Source: an uncultured Thermoplasmatales archaeon
GTDB lineage: Archaea > Thermoplasmatota > E2 > UBA202 > DSCA01
NCBI GenBank assembly: GCA_964414415.1
Contig: CAYPWJ010000005.1
Location: 11,772-75,771, forward strand
Length of the DNA: 64,000 bases
Direction of reading: 5' to 3'
The stretch's first letter is position 1, and the number at the start of each line of letters is the position of its first letter. The translations under genes were made by a program, and so were the position numbers. The notes below the pieces were generated by a model. That model worked only from the letters and a program-made list of their open reading frames with translations. It did no database searches and was not told the DNA's origin. Positions 1 to 8,989 of the stretch are shown here, in pieces.

Positions 1-503
1 TCCGAGTAGAGAAACCGCTGGGGCTCCGAGCGTACCTGGAAGGTGATGTTGGCGTACTTGGTGAAGCCGCCCGGCATGATGAGGCCGGGTCGCACCTGCA
101 TTTCGACCTGGCATGTGATGTTGGCGATGTAGGAGGGGTCGACGTCGGCGTTGACCCACACCGTGGCGTTGCCCGTCTCATCCCAGTCTTGATAGACAAA
201 TGTGGGGCTGACGCTGGCGGACCATCCCTCACCGTCTACCTCCACGATGCGGAGATAATACCGCATGGGGATGTTCGAGGAACTGTTGACCACTCCGCCA
301 TTCCAGAACTTGAAGCGGAAGCCGTACTGGCCTGTCACCGGCTCAATCGATGCCTGGGTCGGTCCAACGGATTCAACCTGGACGTTCCACCAGAAATCAG
401 ACCACTCCTCCCACGGGATAATCTGCGCCGCCGCCTGCTGCGGCGGGGGCAGAAACAGCGAAAAGAGGACGAGTACCGTGAGTAGGAGTGCAACCTTCCG
501 CAT
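1..503 (-). CDS. secreted protein, N-terminal part (3' end outside window)
   Basis: Reverse-strand ATG at 503-501 opens MRKVALLLTVLVLFSLFLPPPQQAAAQIIPWEEW... (signal-peptide-like N-terminus) and reads without a stop to position 1. Third codon positions are GC-rich. It is absent from the ORF track because it is truncated by the window edge. Confidence 0.45.
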   Translation of the reverse strand, partial: MRKVALLLTVLVLFSLFLPPPQQAAAQIIPWEEWSDFWWNVQVESVGPTQASIEPVTGQYGFRFKFWNGGVVNSSSNIPMRYYLRIVEVDGEGWSASVSPTFVYQDWDETGNATVWVNADVDPSYIANITCQVEMQVRPGLIMPGGFTKYANITFQVRSEPQRFLYS

Positions 504-545
504 GATTTTTGTACCAAACCGGTAAACAGGCGTCCGTTTAAATAA

Positions 546-1508
546 TTAGTTGCTCCGACGCCGTCGTATCACGAGCGATAGGGCAGCAAGCGCACCGATG
601 AGAACGATGGCTTCAAACCCGGGGACGTAGAAGCCTCTGTTTTTGACCATCATCCTGGCGTACACCGTGGCTTGCACTACGTTCTCCGGATCCTTCGACG
701 ACTTCTGGAACTGGTTGCCTTCCTTCACCCAGTAGTCGGCGTAGGACTGCGCGTGTGCCTCCAGCAGGAACGTCTCCCGGTTGTTGTGGTAGGAGACGGC
801 GGTGCCGTGCGGCGTGGTCACCGTAAAGGAAACGGTCTTCTCCGGGGGATTGGGATCGCCCGGCTTCTTGGCGTCCATGATGATCTGCTGCGGTGAGATG
901 ATGGGGTCGGTCCAGTCGTCCGGTACATCAGCGGCCTGCAGCGTCACACGGGTCTGCGCGGTCCCCCAGTTTGCAACGGTGACCGGAAACGTGAGCTCCT
1001 GGTCAGGCGACGACCGTTTTATCGGCTTCGCGATGCTGACGGTGATCTGGGTGAAGGGATTGACCCCGACGAGGATGTCTGTCTCAGCCATCGCGACCTC
1101 CCGCAGCTCACCGCCAAGCACGATCCGGCCTGTCACCTGGATGGTAACGCCGGTCAGGCTGGGCGCCTCGACGTTCTGTTCACTCAACGCGAGGTTGACC
1201 TTGATATTCTTTCGGGCACCGCTCTGCAGCGGAAATGTCTTCTGCGTCGGCGTGACGGTCAGCCAGCTCGGGCTTTTCACGACTTCGATCTGGGCCCAGA
1301 CCGGAAAGTACTGGAAAAAGAATGGCTCGTAGCTGACGGAGAGCGTGAATGAGTCACCACCATAGCGGTTCACGTAAAAGGGAGAAATGTCGGGGGATGC
1401 GGACATTGCGCCCCACTCCATAGCCTGAGCAGCCGGGGCAACCAGTGCAGTTGATAGAAGCATAAAGGTGCCAAAGAGCACACCAATCGTTACGGTTCTT
1501 TTCAGCAT
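546..1508 (-). CDS. secreted surface protein with PGF-CTERM archaeal sorting signal
   Basis: N-terminal signal peptide (MLKRTVTIGVLFGTFMLLSTALVAPAAQA). C-terminus is ...VPGFEAIVLIGALAALSLVIRRRRSN, i.e. a PGF motif, then a hydrophobic helix and a basic tail, as expected for an archaeosortase A substrate. Confidence 0.7.
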   Translation of the reverse strand: MLKRTVTIGVLFGTFMLLSTALVAPAAQAMEWGAMSASPDISPFYVNRYGGDSFTLSVSYEPFFFQYFPVWAQIEVVKSPSWLTVTPTQKTFPLQSGARKNIKVNLALSEQNVEAPSLTGVTIQVTGRIVLGGELREVAMAETDILVGVNPFTQITVSIAKPIKRSSPDQELTFPVTVANWGTAQTRVTLQAADVPDDWTDPIISPQQIIMDAKKPGDPNPPEKTVSFTVTTPHGTAVSYHNNRETFLLEAHAQSYADYWVKEGNQFQKSSKDPENVVQATVYARMMVKNRGFYVPGFEAIVLIGALAALSLVIRRRRSN

Positions 1509-1571
1509 ATTTTACCTCTCAGTGCAATGACAGTGTTGTTATTGGCATTTCGATATATATGTTTTTCGTGG

Positions 1572-1853
1572 TCACTCTTCCGCTTCCCCTTCTTCCTCTT
1601 CCGTCTCCATGGAGACCATCTCGGGGAAATAGCTCAGAATGATGATGTCCCCTGCCGCTGACACCCATCGATACGGGACTCCGACATCCAGCGAGCCTTC
1701 CACCAGCTCAGGGTTCGTGTTGGTAATGATGAGGGTGTCAACGCACCGCTCGTCGGTGTTGAGCGCTACATTGCGCACCTCCCCCACGTAGGTGCCGTGT
1801 CGGGTATATGTCGGCGCGTTCAAGAAGTCAGTGATTTCCTTCGCCATTGTCAT
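1572..1853 (-). CDS. small conserved protein with acidic C-terminal tail (PRC-barrel-like?)
   Basis: The C-terminal 93 aa of the 194-aa ORF read protein-like (MTMAKEITDFLNAPTYTRHGTYVGEVRNVALNTDERCVDTLIITNTN...METEEEEGEAEE). The N-terminal extension of the long ORF is Arg/Cys-rich antisense-type junk lying over an AT-rich promoter. The start could be at 1868, 1853 or 1847; I chose 1853. Confidence 0.4.
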   Translation of the reverse strand: MTMAKEITDFLNAPTYTRHGTYVGEVRNVALNTDERCVDTLIITNTNPELVEGSLDVGVPYRWVSAAGDIIILSYFPEMVSMETEEEEGEAEE

Positions 1854-2038
1854 CACGTGGACATACATCTGAAATGCCTTATTAAGAGTTGTGGTGGCCG
1901 ACGCCGGGCTATACCGGGCACTGCTTATCGGCAATGGTCCGCACCCGCATGTGCTTCCCGACGTCGCCGGCCTCGACAGCGCGCGACAGCGGTACATACA
2001 GATACAGATACAAGATAATTTTATAACAAGGCGAAAGC

Positions 2039-2900
2039 ATGCAAGCAACATTCTGGAAGAAAGGCACGGCAGTCGCTGTCGCTCTCCTATTCTGTGGCCT
2101 CGCAGTGGTGCCGCTGGCAACCCATGCAAGCGGCTCGGATGCAGAAAAACAGACAACCCGGGCGTATGTCACGCGGTACACCGCCGACGGCAGCGCCGAG
2201 CAACGCGCGGTACCGCTGTCGGTGCAGGCGGTGCAGGCGCTCAAGGACAGGTTCGCCGAGGCAGCCACTGCGGAGCAGCGGTTCTCGCTGCTGCAGGGAT
2301 AGGGGCTGCTCTCCGACGACGCGTCGCTCGATGCATGGGAGACAGCGATGAGGGAGCGTGCAGCGCTACTCGGGCTCGACCAGCAGGATGCCAACAACTT
2401 GAACGACGAAGAAGCGGCGGGTCGTTTGCTTCGGATGCCGCTGCTACTGAATTTCTTCTGCAAGGTCAACGCCGCCTATATACTGAGCGGTGAAGCCGGG
2501 GTCGGTCTGCCGCCGCTCTTCGGCATGGTGAAGTTTTTCGGCGGTCATCGGGTGGCGCAGTTCGACCTCTTCGATGTCTGCTGGGGTGCCTTCGGCGTCC
2601 TCCAAACAAAGACGCTGTTCCGGCAGCATAGCATGGTGACGATGCCCAGTCTGCTCGGGATGGCTGGCTTCGTCGGCATCCACGTCCACGTTCCCTTCAT
2701 GCTCAACATCTACAACGGCTACTCAGCCATCACCTTTGCCGCCGGGCTGGGGCCCCAGCATCAGCTTCAACCTGGCCACCATGGCTCTCTTCGGGTTCTT
2801 CCTTGGAGGCAGCCTCGGCGCTATACTGGGCGGCGGAGGGGGCAACGCGACCGGTCAGACCGGCTCATTGACCGCTCCATACGGCGGGCCATACGTGTAA
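2039..2900 (+). pseudogene. signal-peptide/membrane protein gene apparently disrupted by an in-frame TAG (2300-2302) and a +1 frameshift (~2745-2756)
   Basis: The 2039 ORF (MQATFWKKGTAVAVALLFCGLAVVPLATHA...) stops at TAG, yet the same frame continues protein-like (GLLSDDASLDAWETA-MRERAALLG...) into the 2348 ORF. After ~2750 the in-frame translation turns Arg-rich junk, while the +1 frame gives a GC3-rich Gly-rich hydrophobic tail (SISFNLATMALFGFFLGGSLGAILGGGGGNATGQTGSLTAPYGGPYV*) ending at 2900. It could instead be two separate genes plus a sequencing error. Confidence 0.35.
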
Positions 2901-2948
2901 ACGAGTGGACAGGGATACAACTAAAATAGCGGCAGCACATTAGGGGCT

Positions 2949-4385
2949 ATGGCAGACACGCTGTCCTTCCCTGAGCCGCACGACGTCGTCCGGCACCGGC
3001 CGTCGCTCCGTAAGTACCTCCGCTACCTGCTGTTTTTTGGACCGGGGGCCATCCTGGCCTCGATGACCATCGGGCAGGGACAGCTCATCCTCGGGCCACA
3101 GATCGGGGCCTGGGCTGGGTATGGTCTGCTGTGGCTCATCACGCTCAACCTGGGCTCCTACGCCGTCGCCTACGTGGGAACCCGGTTCACGATGCTGTCC
3201 GGCATCAGCACCATGGACATGTTCGCGCTGAAGACGCGGGGCGGATGGATCAACTGGCTCATCATCGCCATCATGGCGGTCTTCGTCCCCACGTTCGCCG
3301 CGGCTATCATAACCACGCTGGGTCATTCACTCGCCTGGATATTCGGCGTCGGCCATTACCTCATGTGGGGCATCGGGTTCTCCGTTTTCGCCGCGATGCT
3401 GGCGCTCTTCGGCCGCTACAAGGTGCTGGAGGTATCGCAGGCGTTCTTCGTGGCGGTGCTGGGCATCGGTGCCATCGCGTCGGTGGCGGTGCTCCGACCG
3501 GATCTCTTCAACATTGTGCCGCGGTTTGCGTTCATCGGCGACGTGCCCGCCTATCCTCCCTGGGTGGACACCGTCACTGATTTCACCAAGACTCCGATTC
3601 CGCTGTCGATGCTCGGCTACCTGGGAACGCTCACCATCTCCATCGTCCCGCTGGTCGGGTACCTCGGCTGGGTGAAGGTAAAAAAATGGGGTATCTTCCG
3701 GGGCAGCATGGACCCCGATGGGCTGTCGGAGCGTCTCTTCGCTCGCTATCGAGAGCAGGGCAGCATGGACTATCTGCCTCATGAACGACAGGAAATAAAA
3801 AAATCACGGCTGCTGCTCCGTCCCCTCGCGGTGGACCTGGCGATCGCGTTCGTCATCGTCTCCCTCGTATCGGCGGCGTACATGATAGCCGGCGCCGAAC
3901 TGCTGGGGCCGCTGCAAAAAATCCCGACCGACGTCAATCTGCTGAAGGAGCAGGCCATCATCTTTTCAAACATGGCGCCGTGGCTCAAGCCGCTCTACCA
4001 GGTAAGCGTCGCCTTCGCGCTGTTCGGCACCGTCTACAGCGCCTTCGAGGCGGCCTCCCGGATGCTCTTCGAAGTCGGGAAAACTGTCAGGGCAGGCATA
4101 GGCAGGCTTCCCTACAAGCGCTTCATGCTCTTCTTTTTGATATATGTGCTGGCGCTGGGCATTCCGCTGGCGGTGTTGATGTACGCCGGCCTGTCTGTGC
4201 TGCTGGTGCTCTCAATCACCCTGCTGTTCATCGGCGTCGTCGGCGTCGTCGTCTACGGAGTCGGCACCATCTACCTGTCGCAGACGGTGCTCCCCCAGGA
4301 GTATCAGCTGGGAAGCCTGGGCATGGGCCTCGCGGTGTTCTGCCTGGAGCTACTCCTGCTCCCCGCCGCCTTTTTCTTCATATGA
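2949..4385 (+). CDS. polytopic membrane permease, LeuT-fold/Nramp-like (divergent)
   Basis: About 11-12 hydrophobic helices. N-terminal FFGPGAILASMTIGQGQLILGPQIGAWAGYGLLWLITLNL resembles the Nramp TM1-2 region, but the canonical DPGN and MPH metal-binding motifs are not evident. The substrate is therefore uncertain. Confidence 0.5.
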   Translation: MADTLSFPEPHDVVRHRPSLRKYLRYLLFFGPGAILASMTIGQGQLILGPQIGAWAGYGLLWLITLNLGSYAVAYVGTRFTMLSGISTMDMFALKTRGGWINWLIIAIMAVFVPTFAAAIITTLGHSLAWIFGVGHYLMWGIGFSVFAAMLALFGRYKVLEVSQAFFVAVLGIGAIASVAVLRPDLFNIVPRFAFIGDVPAYPPWVDTVTDFTKTPIPLSMLGYLGTLTISIVPLVGYLGWVKVKKWGIFRGSMDPDGLSERLFARYREQGSMDYLPHERQEIKKSRLLLRPLAVDLAIAFVIVSLVSAAYMIAGAELLGPLQKIPTDVNLLKEQAIIFSNMAPWLKPLYQVSVAFALFGTVYSAFEAASRMLFEVGKTVRAGIGRLPYKRFMLFFLIYVLALGIPLAVLMYAGLSVLLVLSITLLFIGVVGVVVYGVGTIYLSQTVLPQEYQLGSLGMGLAVFCLELLLLPAAFFFI

Positions 4386-4458
4386 GCGACGGCGCCGACC
4401 GGCGGTGCACAGGAATCTTTTTAACGTCTTAGCCGATACTATTTGAGGAGGAATACCT

Positions 4459-5280
4459 ATGGCTATCGAGATAGCAGGATATGGACTGAACGAGCATCTA
4501 CCATTGATCGGCGTGAGTCTCTGGGACATACTCGTCGCGGTTATCGCGCTCGTCGTCGGCGTCATCGTGGTGCGGCTCGTCACGTCATGGCTGCAGCGAT
4601 GGATGACCCGGTCAGGGCTCTCTGATTTGCTTGCGGAATTCGCCACGCGCATCCTCCGCATCATCATGTACATCTTCGTGGTCGGCATCGCCCTGGCCTT
4701 CCTCGGGCTCAACATCGGCGCGGCGCTGGTCAGCATCTCGGTGGTCCTTGGCTTCGTGCTCGGCTTCGCCCTGGGTGACACGCTGAGCAACATCGCCGCC
4801 GGCTTCATGGTCGCTATCACCCAGCCCTTCACGGCGGGCGACTACGTGACGGTAAACGGTGAAAGCGGCTCGGTGCAGAGCGTCGGCATCAGCGTGACGG
4901 AGCTGGACACGCCCGACAACAAGCGCGTCATCATCCCCAACAAGTCCGTGTGGGGCGGCAACATCGTCAACTACACGCGCCATGACACCCGACGGGTCGA
5001 CATGGAGGTCGGCGTGGGCTACGACGACGACCTCGACCAGGTCATCGAGGCAACGCGGGAGCTGCTCACCGGCGACGACCGGGTGCTGTCCGAGCCGGCG
5101 CCGCAGGTCGCCGTCAAATCGCTGGGTGACAGCGCCGTCGTCCTCATCGTGCGTCCATGGGTCAAAACCGCTGATTACTGGGGCTTTTACTACGACTTCC
5201 AGAAGACGGTCAAGCAGACGTTCGACAAGGCGGACATATCGTTCCCATACCCGCAGATGGACGTCCACCTGGACAAATAG
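4459..5280 (+). CDS. small-conductance mechanosensitive channel (MscS family)
   Basis: N-terminal TM helices followed by the MscS signature ...PFTAGDYVTVNGESGSVQSVGISVTELDTPDNKRVIIPNKSVWGGNIVNYTR. GAGGAGG ribosome-binding site 9 nt upstream. Confidence 0.85.
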   Translation: MAIEIAGYGLNEHLPLIGVSLWDILVAVIALVVGVIVVRLVTSWLQRWMTRSGLSDLLAEFATRILRIIMYIFVVGIALAFLGLNIGAALVSISVVLGFVLGFALGDTLSNIAAGFMVAITQPFTAGDYVTVNGESGSVQSVGISVTELDTPDNKRVIIPNKSVWGGNIVNYTRHDTRRVDMEVGVGYDDDLDQVIEATRELLTGDDRVLSEPAPQVAVKSLGDSAVVLIVRPWVKTADYWGFYYDFQKTVKQTFDKADISFPYPQMDVHLDK

Positions 5281-5307
5281 CGAGTGCAGCCACGAGACAC
5301 GTTCCTG

Positions 5308-5988
5308 TCACTTGAACGTCAGCGACCAGTACACGGTCGAGGCCATCCAGGGATACCGCTCGAGCACACGGGTATCGATGCTGCTCACAGCCTCGGCCAG
5401 TTCAAGGGGCATGAGCTGGTAGAGCCCGTACGGGACCAGAAACGCCTGGACGTGTTGGATATCCCGCACGACCGGCATCCCGTCACATAATTGTTTGAGG
5501 AAGGAATTCGAGTAGAGATGGCTGCGCTGAGGGAGCATCCATTGATAGAGGATGCGCAGGCTGCATGGATGCAGAGTCTCGAAGACAAAGTGATCCCGGG
5601 TCACTCTCGCCACCTCCCGGATGAAGGAGGAAACCTCGTGGCTTCGAAGCAGATGGAGAAACCGCATGCTGATGCTGGTATCGAAGGCGTCGTCTGCAAA
5701 TGGAAGCGCACGGGCGTCTCCCACGACGTATTGAGCACCGCCGGGCGAGAGCATCTCGCTGCTCGCGTCGAGGCCAACGACGTCTGCACCGTGCTCCTGC
5801 AGCAGCTCGGCGAAGCGGCCGGTGCCCGTGGCTATGTCGAGTATCCGTTTCCCCTGAGGTTCGACGAGCGAGAGCAGCAGCTGCTTCTCCCGTCTATCCA
5901 CAAGGCTGCCTCCCCGCGTGAAGCGAGCGTCGTCGTATCTCTCTGCAATTGCCGTATCTCTATACCATTGTTGTCCTACGCGAGGCAT
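5308..5988 (-). CDS. class I SAM-dependent methyltransferase (Methyltransf_11-like)
   Basis: Motif I ILDIATGTGRFA, then VVGLDASSEML and GDARALPFADDAFD. The internal Met at 5988 (MPRVGQQWY...) was chosen over the long-ORF start at 6045. Confidence 0.75.
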   Translation of the reverse strand: MPRVGQQWYRDTAIAERYDDARFTRGGSLVDRREKQLLLSLVEPQGKRILDIATGTGRFAELLQEHGADVVGLDASSEMLSPGGAQYVVGDARALPFADDAFDTSISMRFLHLLRSHEVSSFIREVARVTRDHFVFETLHPCSLRILYQWMLPQRSHLYSNSFLKQLCDGMPVVRDIQHVQAFLVPYGLYQLMPLELAEAVSSIDTRVLERYPWMASTVYWSLTFK

Positions 5989-6187
5989 ATGACACTCCCT
6001 TCCGCGGTAGCAGATAGGAGAGAAAGGAGAAAGCGTACTTAACATTTATTCGTTGACGCAGCACACTGCAACGCCCGGCAACGGCATCCGACGATGAGGC
6101 AGCCAGGCCACCGCGTGCGAACATCGAGCTGCGGGCACCAATGGCTCGTGATAACTTCGAAAAGTATATTACGCCATACCCGTATAG

Positions 6188-7060
6188 ATGCCTGTGGTTT
6201 CAATGCGCGCAACGGATGAAGAGGAACAGGAAGACACGCTCATGGTTGAAGAACTGGTGGAAGGAAGCACATTTGAAACCACGTTTTTCAACGAAGAAAA
6301 AAACAACAGTTACGGTCATTGCGGCAGCGTGATAAAGGAGATACAGAATGGAAAGGACGGCAGCTACCTGGTCAAAATCAGGCCGCCCATGTTCTATCTG
6401 ATGGGGGTACTGAGCAACATATCGCGCCTCCTGTCAGGCACGAAGTCGAGGAAGATACTGGACAACCGGCGGTGGCAGGCCACGGAGATAGCGCGTCTCC
6501 GGAGGCTGCACCCGGATATCAGCACCGATAACACGCCCTTTGAGAACGCCATCCTCATGCAGAAGATAGACGGATGCGTGGTGTACGACATATTGCGGTC
6601 TGCAGATATGTCGAACGAGAAGAAAAGAGAGGTTATCGTCAAGACGGTGCAAGGACTTGAAAACATCCATAGGAAAAACCTGTATCACGGCGAACCCAAC
6701 ACCCAGAACTGTATATTTACCGAGGACGAAGAGCTATACTGGATAGATTTCGAAGTCGAATACCATCCCAGCCTGACGCTCCCGGAAAAAAAGGCCAAGG
6801 ACCTGGAGCAGCTCACTCTGTCTATACTGGGGGCGTTCGATAAGGAGAACGAGGTGGGGATGAGCGACGAGGGATTGATAGAGCTCATACTTGAGACCTA
6901 CACCGGCCGGGAGATAACACAACTGTTCCTGGATGACCCCAATCTGCCCCTCATCGGACCGATACGCTTTTATCAGCTTTCATTCTCGTCGGTCTACCGG
7001 TTTTACCAGACGCAGATAAACCTCTTACGGTACATCGACACCCGGGAGCACAACCCGTGA
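6188..7060 (+). CDS. atypical protein-kinase-like fold protein (Kdo/RIO/Bud32-like small kinase family)
   Basis: A catalytic-loop-like LYHGEPNTQNCIF (HGD->HGE) and WIDFEV (DFG->DFE) after a beta3-Lys-like VKI. The local GC and codon usage are visibly AT-richer than the flanks (ata and aaa codons). The start may be an internal Met at 6203 or 6242. Confidence 0.45.
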   Translation: MPVVSMRATDEEEQEDTLMVEELVEGSTFETTFFNEEKNNSYGHCGSVIKEIQNGKDGSYLVKIRPPMFYLMGVLSNISRLLSGTKSRKILDNRRWQATEIARLRRLHPDISTDNTPFENAILMQKIDGCVVYDILRSADMSNEKKREVIVKTVQGLENIHRKNLYHGEPNTQNCIFTEDEELYWIDFEVEYHPSLTLPEKKAKDLEQLTLSILGAFDKENEVGMSDEGLIELILETYTGREITQLFLDDPNLPLIGPIRFYQLSFSSVYRFYQTQINLLRYIDTREHNP

Positions 7061-7635
7061 GTGAAACCGACAGCTCTTTTTTTGGCGCGGACGGAGACGC
7101 AAAGAAACGCGTTCTCTTCTTCGTGGGTTCCATAACACCGGCGATTACAGCCGTCGTGGTGCTTTATATGCTGGGGCCTGCCTTCTATCAGCCTGCGGCG
7201 GCGGTGTTCTCCACCTATTACTTCACCTTCGGCGCGGGATGGATCACGTCGCCGCTCCTGGGTCTCTCCGCCGGGATGCATCCGGGATTTGTGGCGGTGC
7301 TTTTGGTTTTCATCGCCGTGGAGAGCTCGCTGATAGTATCGGTCAATTACGAGTTGCTCGAAAATATACCGCTTGCCGGGAGGCTCATCAACAGGATTCG
7401 GGAGAAAGCCACCCGGCTGATAGAACAGCGGGAGCTCGGAAGGAGCGTCAGCTACGCCACCATATTCTGGCTCATGTTTATCCCCATCTACGGCACGGGA
7501 CCGATGACGCTGAGCATCGCCGGCAGACTGCTGGGGCTGGACTGGAAGCCACTGTGGCTGACAATCAGCCTCTCGGTCTGCACCCGCTATACGCTCATCG
7601 TTGTGCTGCTCACGCTCGGGCTCTGGTCCCTCTGA
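7057..7635 (+). CDS. integral membrane protein (4-5 TM; small multidrug-export-like/DUF)
   Basis: Hydrophobic helices throughout. A GTG start overlaps the upstream stop (GTGA), suggesting translational coupling with the kinase-like gene. Confidence 0.45.
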   Translation: MSETDSSFFGADGDAKKRVLFFVGSITPAITAVVVLYMLGPAFYQPAAAVFSTYYFTFGAGWITSPLLGLSAGMHPGFVAVLLVFIAVESSLIVSVNYELLENIPLAGRLINRIREKATRLIEQRELGRSVSYATIFWLMFIPIYGTGPMTLSIAGRLLGLDWKPLWLTISLSVCTRYTLIVVLLTLGLWSL

Positions 7636-7934
7636 AGAGATAGCTCCTCTGGAGCGATCGGCAGCAGGTCTCCTGCAGCCCAGTTAAGAAGCACATGACG
7701 TCTCCCTCGTCATGACCAGCGACGACGGGAGCGTGCGGCAGGCCCCACAGCGGCATACATCGAAAAAAGGAGCATCATTCTTCAGGCAAACAACCAGGGA
7801 ATGCGCCTTCAAAAGCAGAGTGAACCGGCCGTGGGGCCTCGGCACCGCGGCACCTGGAAGACCTGCCGCATGCCTGCAATGCGCTTGATAGCCGGGTGAA
7901 AGCGGTTAAATAGCCACCGTCACTTTATGGATTC

Positions 7935-8921
7935 ATGCATCTCCTCGTCACCGGTGGCAGCGGATTCCTCGGCGGCTACCTCCTCGACGAGCTGCAGGAA
8001 GATGGCTACGACATTCGGGTTATGAGCAGGCACCCGGGCCAGCTGTCGGAGGACAACGGCGGCATAGAGGCCTGCTACGGCGACCTGACCGAAGCACATT
8101 CGCTGCGAAAGGTCATGCAGGGCGTCGATATGGTATTCCATAACGCCGCCATCGCCGCAGACTACGGCCCTGCGGAGCGCTTCAGGCGGGTCAACGTGGC
8201 GGGGACGAGAAATGTCCTCGATGCCTGCCGAAACGCAGGTGTGCCACGCCTGGTGTATACGAGCTCAGCCGGTGTATACGGCTTTCCTGACAGCGAGGCA
8301 CCGATCACCGAGGCCAGTCCGAAGCGGCCGATGAACGCGTATCAGCGCTCCAAGTGGGAGGCGGAGCGGCTCGTGCTGCAGCAGGATGATATCGAAGCGG
8401 TCGCGGTGCGGCCGCCGCTGGTGCTGGGGCCAGGGTCGCCTGCCGCCCCGTTGCTGCTGTCCCGGCTTGAAGCACAAAAGTTGCCGTTTTTTGGCTCGGG
8501 TGACAACCTGATTTCGCTGGCGCATCCCCGCGACGTTGCACGCTGCCTCAGGCTGGCCGGTGAGGAGGGACAGAGCGGCGGGGTCTACAACGCGGTGAGC
8601 TTTACCTGCCCGGCCAAGCGGCTGTTCAGGGAGCTGGCCGACCGGCTCGGGGTGCAGCCGCCGCAGCGCCACCTGCCGTATCCGCTGGCGTATGCCGCCG
8701 CCGTCCTAGCTGAGTGGATGGCGCGGCTCCGCAGCGGTGAGCCGACATTGACGCGCTTCAGGGTGATGCAGTTCGGGACGAGCCGGGACATTCGCTCCGA
8801 TAAGGCGATGCGGGAGCTGGGGTTTAGACCTGCCTGGGACCTGGCGGCGATGGCCGACGACCTGGTGTCGTGGTATCACGACAGGGATGAGCAGCGAAAT
8901 GCCGTCAATGAAAAACATTAA
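7935..8921 (+). CDS. NAD-dependent epimerase/dehydratase (extended SDR)
   Basis: N-terminal Rossmann motif LLVTGGSGFLGGYLLDEL, then YTSSAGVYG and the YxxxK region (NAYQRSK). Confidence 0.85.
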   Translation: MHLLVTGGSGFLGGYLLDELQEDGYDIRVMSRHPGQLSEDNGGIEACYGDLTEAHSLRKVMQGVDMVFHNAAIAADYGPAERFRRVNVAGTRNVLDACRNAGVPRLVYTSSAGVYGFPDSEAPITEASPKRPMNAYQRSKWEAERLVLQQDDIEAVAVRPPLVLGPGSPAAPLLLSRLEAQKLPFFGSGDNLISLAHPRDVARCLRLAGEEGQSGGVYNAVSFTCPAKRLFRELADRLGVQPPQRHLPYPLAYAAAVLAEWMARLRSGEPTLTRFRVMQFGTSRDIRSDKAMRELGFRPAWDLAAMADDLVSWYHDRDEQRNAVNEKH

Positions 8922-8922
8922 A

Positions 8923-8968
8923 TACTACTTTGTATTATGTTTTTTGTTGTAAGCGTTACAAAATAGTA
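8923..8968. promoter_or_regulatory. imperfect 12-bp inverted repeat (TACTACTTTGTA...TACAAAATAGTA) in AT-rich leader of Fur/PerR gene; candidate operator plus promoter
   Basis: Arms at 8923-8934 and 8957-8968 match 11/12 as reverse complements. The 22-bp spacer is T-rich. The element lies 22-67 nt upstream of the Fur-family start at 8990. Confidence 0.4.
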
Positions 8969-8989
8969 GCGCTTTCAACGGTGGTGCAG

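Noticed and set aside
1572-2156. Full 194-aa version of the minus-strand ORF
   Set aside because: The N-terminal about 100 aa (Cys/Arg-rich, MSVFLHPSRLHGLPAAPLRGHRIGERQRLPC...) overlie the AT-rich promoter and hexamer repeats of the neighbouring gene. Only the C-terminal part looks like real protein.
2300-2302. Pyrrolysine (UAG) recoding as the explanation for the in-frame amber codon
   Set aside because: No methylamine-methyltransferase context and no pyl genes are visible in the window. The same gene also shows a frameshift, so gene decay or sequencing error is the more economical reading. It is kept only as a remote possibility.
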